A DNA stretch of 64,000 nt from Bacteroidales bacterium. GTDB lineage: Bacteria; Bacteroidota; Bacteroidia; Bacteroidales; VadinHA17. Shown one piece after another: positions 63,561-64,000 of this stretch. Within the stretch, counting starts at the first letter, position 1; every line of letters starts with the position of its first letter. A program made the position numbers and the translations under genes. The DNA is taken from NCBI GenBank assembly GCA_035531395.1, contig DATKTA010000032.1, forward strand, positions 146,033 through 210,032. Reading direction: 5' to 3'. The notes beneath the pieces are model-generated. The model was not told the DNA's origin. It worked only from the letters and a program-made list of their open reading frames with translations, and searched no databases.

Positions 63561-64000
63561 ATGTATCTTTACCCAAAATGGATCAGACTATGGCATGTCC
63601 TGAATGCAATCCTGTTCATCATACTTATAATTACTGGATTAAGCATGCAATATACCGGCGAGAAGGATTATGTTCTTGTGGTAGGATTTGAAGATGCTGT
63701 AAGGTGGCATAATACTTCGGCTATTATTTTGACTGTGAATTATATAATTTTTGTAGCAGGTAACCTTATTACAAGAAATGGAAGATATTATAATTTGAAG
63801 AGGGAAAACTTCTTTGCTGATCTTTTCAAGCAGTTGAGATACTATTCATGGGGAATGTTCCATGGTGAGAAGCACCCTTTCCCTATTACAATGGAAAGAA
63901 AGTTTAACCCGTTGCAGAAGGTTTCTTATGTTCTTGCAATGTATGTGGCACTGCCTCTTGTGATTATTTCAGGAATTGGCTTGCTGTTGCCTGAGATAGT
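63561..64000 (+). CDS. Membrane b-type cytochrome (HydC/FdnI/PhsC-like), 3' end beyond the window
   Basis: My own translation from ATG 63561: MYLYPKWIRLWHVLNAILFIILIITGLSMQY...VRWHNTSAIILTVNYIIF...KVSYVLAMYVALPLVIISG. It has TM helices with conserved His and is open to the window end. It is absent from the ORF track because it has no stop. Confidence 0.75.
   Translation, partial: MYLYPKWIRLWHVLNAILFIILIITGLSMQYTGEKDYVLVVGFEDAVRWHNTSAIILTVNYIIFVAGNLITRNGRYYNLKRENFFADLFKQLRYYSWGMFHGEKHPFPITMERKFNPLQKVSYVLAMYVALPLVIISGIGLLLPEI

Noticed and set aside
1-64000. Mobile genetic element, prophage, defence system or CRISPR content
   Set aside because: I looked for integrase, transposase, phage structural, restriction, toxin-antitoxin and cas-like proteins among all ORFs of at least 60 aa and found none. 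The only mobile-like features are small REP/MITE-type repeats.

Overview
The window looks like a Bacteroidota chromosome segment. Support: a PorQ-type T9SS gene in a porQ-cmk-ispH arrangement (which I recall from Porphyromonas gingivalis), many lipoprotein and signal-peptide N-termini, TAnnTTTG -7 boxes, and an AT-rich sequence by eye (not computed). I count about 49 protein genes that are densely packed. I recognised no rRNA, tRNA, CRISPR array, integrase or transposase.

The window has three parts.

(i) 1-47 kb is an accessory-looking island of exported glycan-processing and unusual enzymes. It includes a BNR/Asp-box propeller; GH88-, GH106-, GH123/DUF4091-, GH109- and GH20-like proteins; SGNH and alpha/beta esterases; four Gfo/Idh/MocA oxidoreductases; two xylose-isomerase-fold proteins; a DegT aminotransferase; a Tat-exported fucose-isomerase-like protein; two UroD/MtaA-fold proteins; and two secreted nitrilase-superfamily enzymes, one fused to a GH20-like domain. 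At least seven proteins have twin-arginine leaders. I see no SusC/SusD pair and no transcription regulator in this part.

(ii) 47-61 kb is housekeeping: a BioF-like gene, a CDF transporter, pfkA, ispH, cmk, porQ, an EamA transporter, etfBA with a split EtfD-like Fe-S oxidoreductase and an acyl-CoA dehydrogenase, and an M48 protease.

(iii) 61.2-64 kb is a four-gene cluster: a lipoprotein cytochrome c, a small outer-membrane beta-barrel, a membrane-anchored heptahaem cytochrome c and a cytochrome b. It runs off the right edge. I rate it the best candidate for an undescribed system.

Two real ORFs are missing from the supplied ORF track because they run off the window edges: complement 1-1776 and 63561 to beyond 64000. 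Many intergenic spacers carry REP/BIME-like palindromes and 7-8 nt tandem repeats. All family calls come from motif and pattern recognition by eye; no searches were run.
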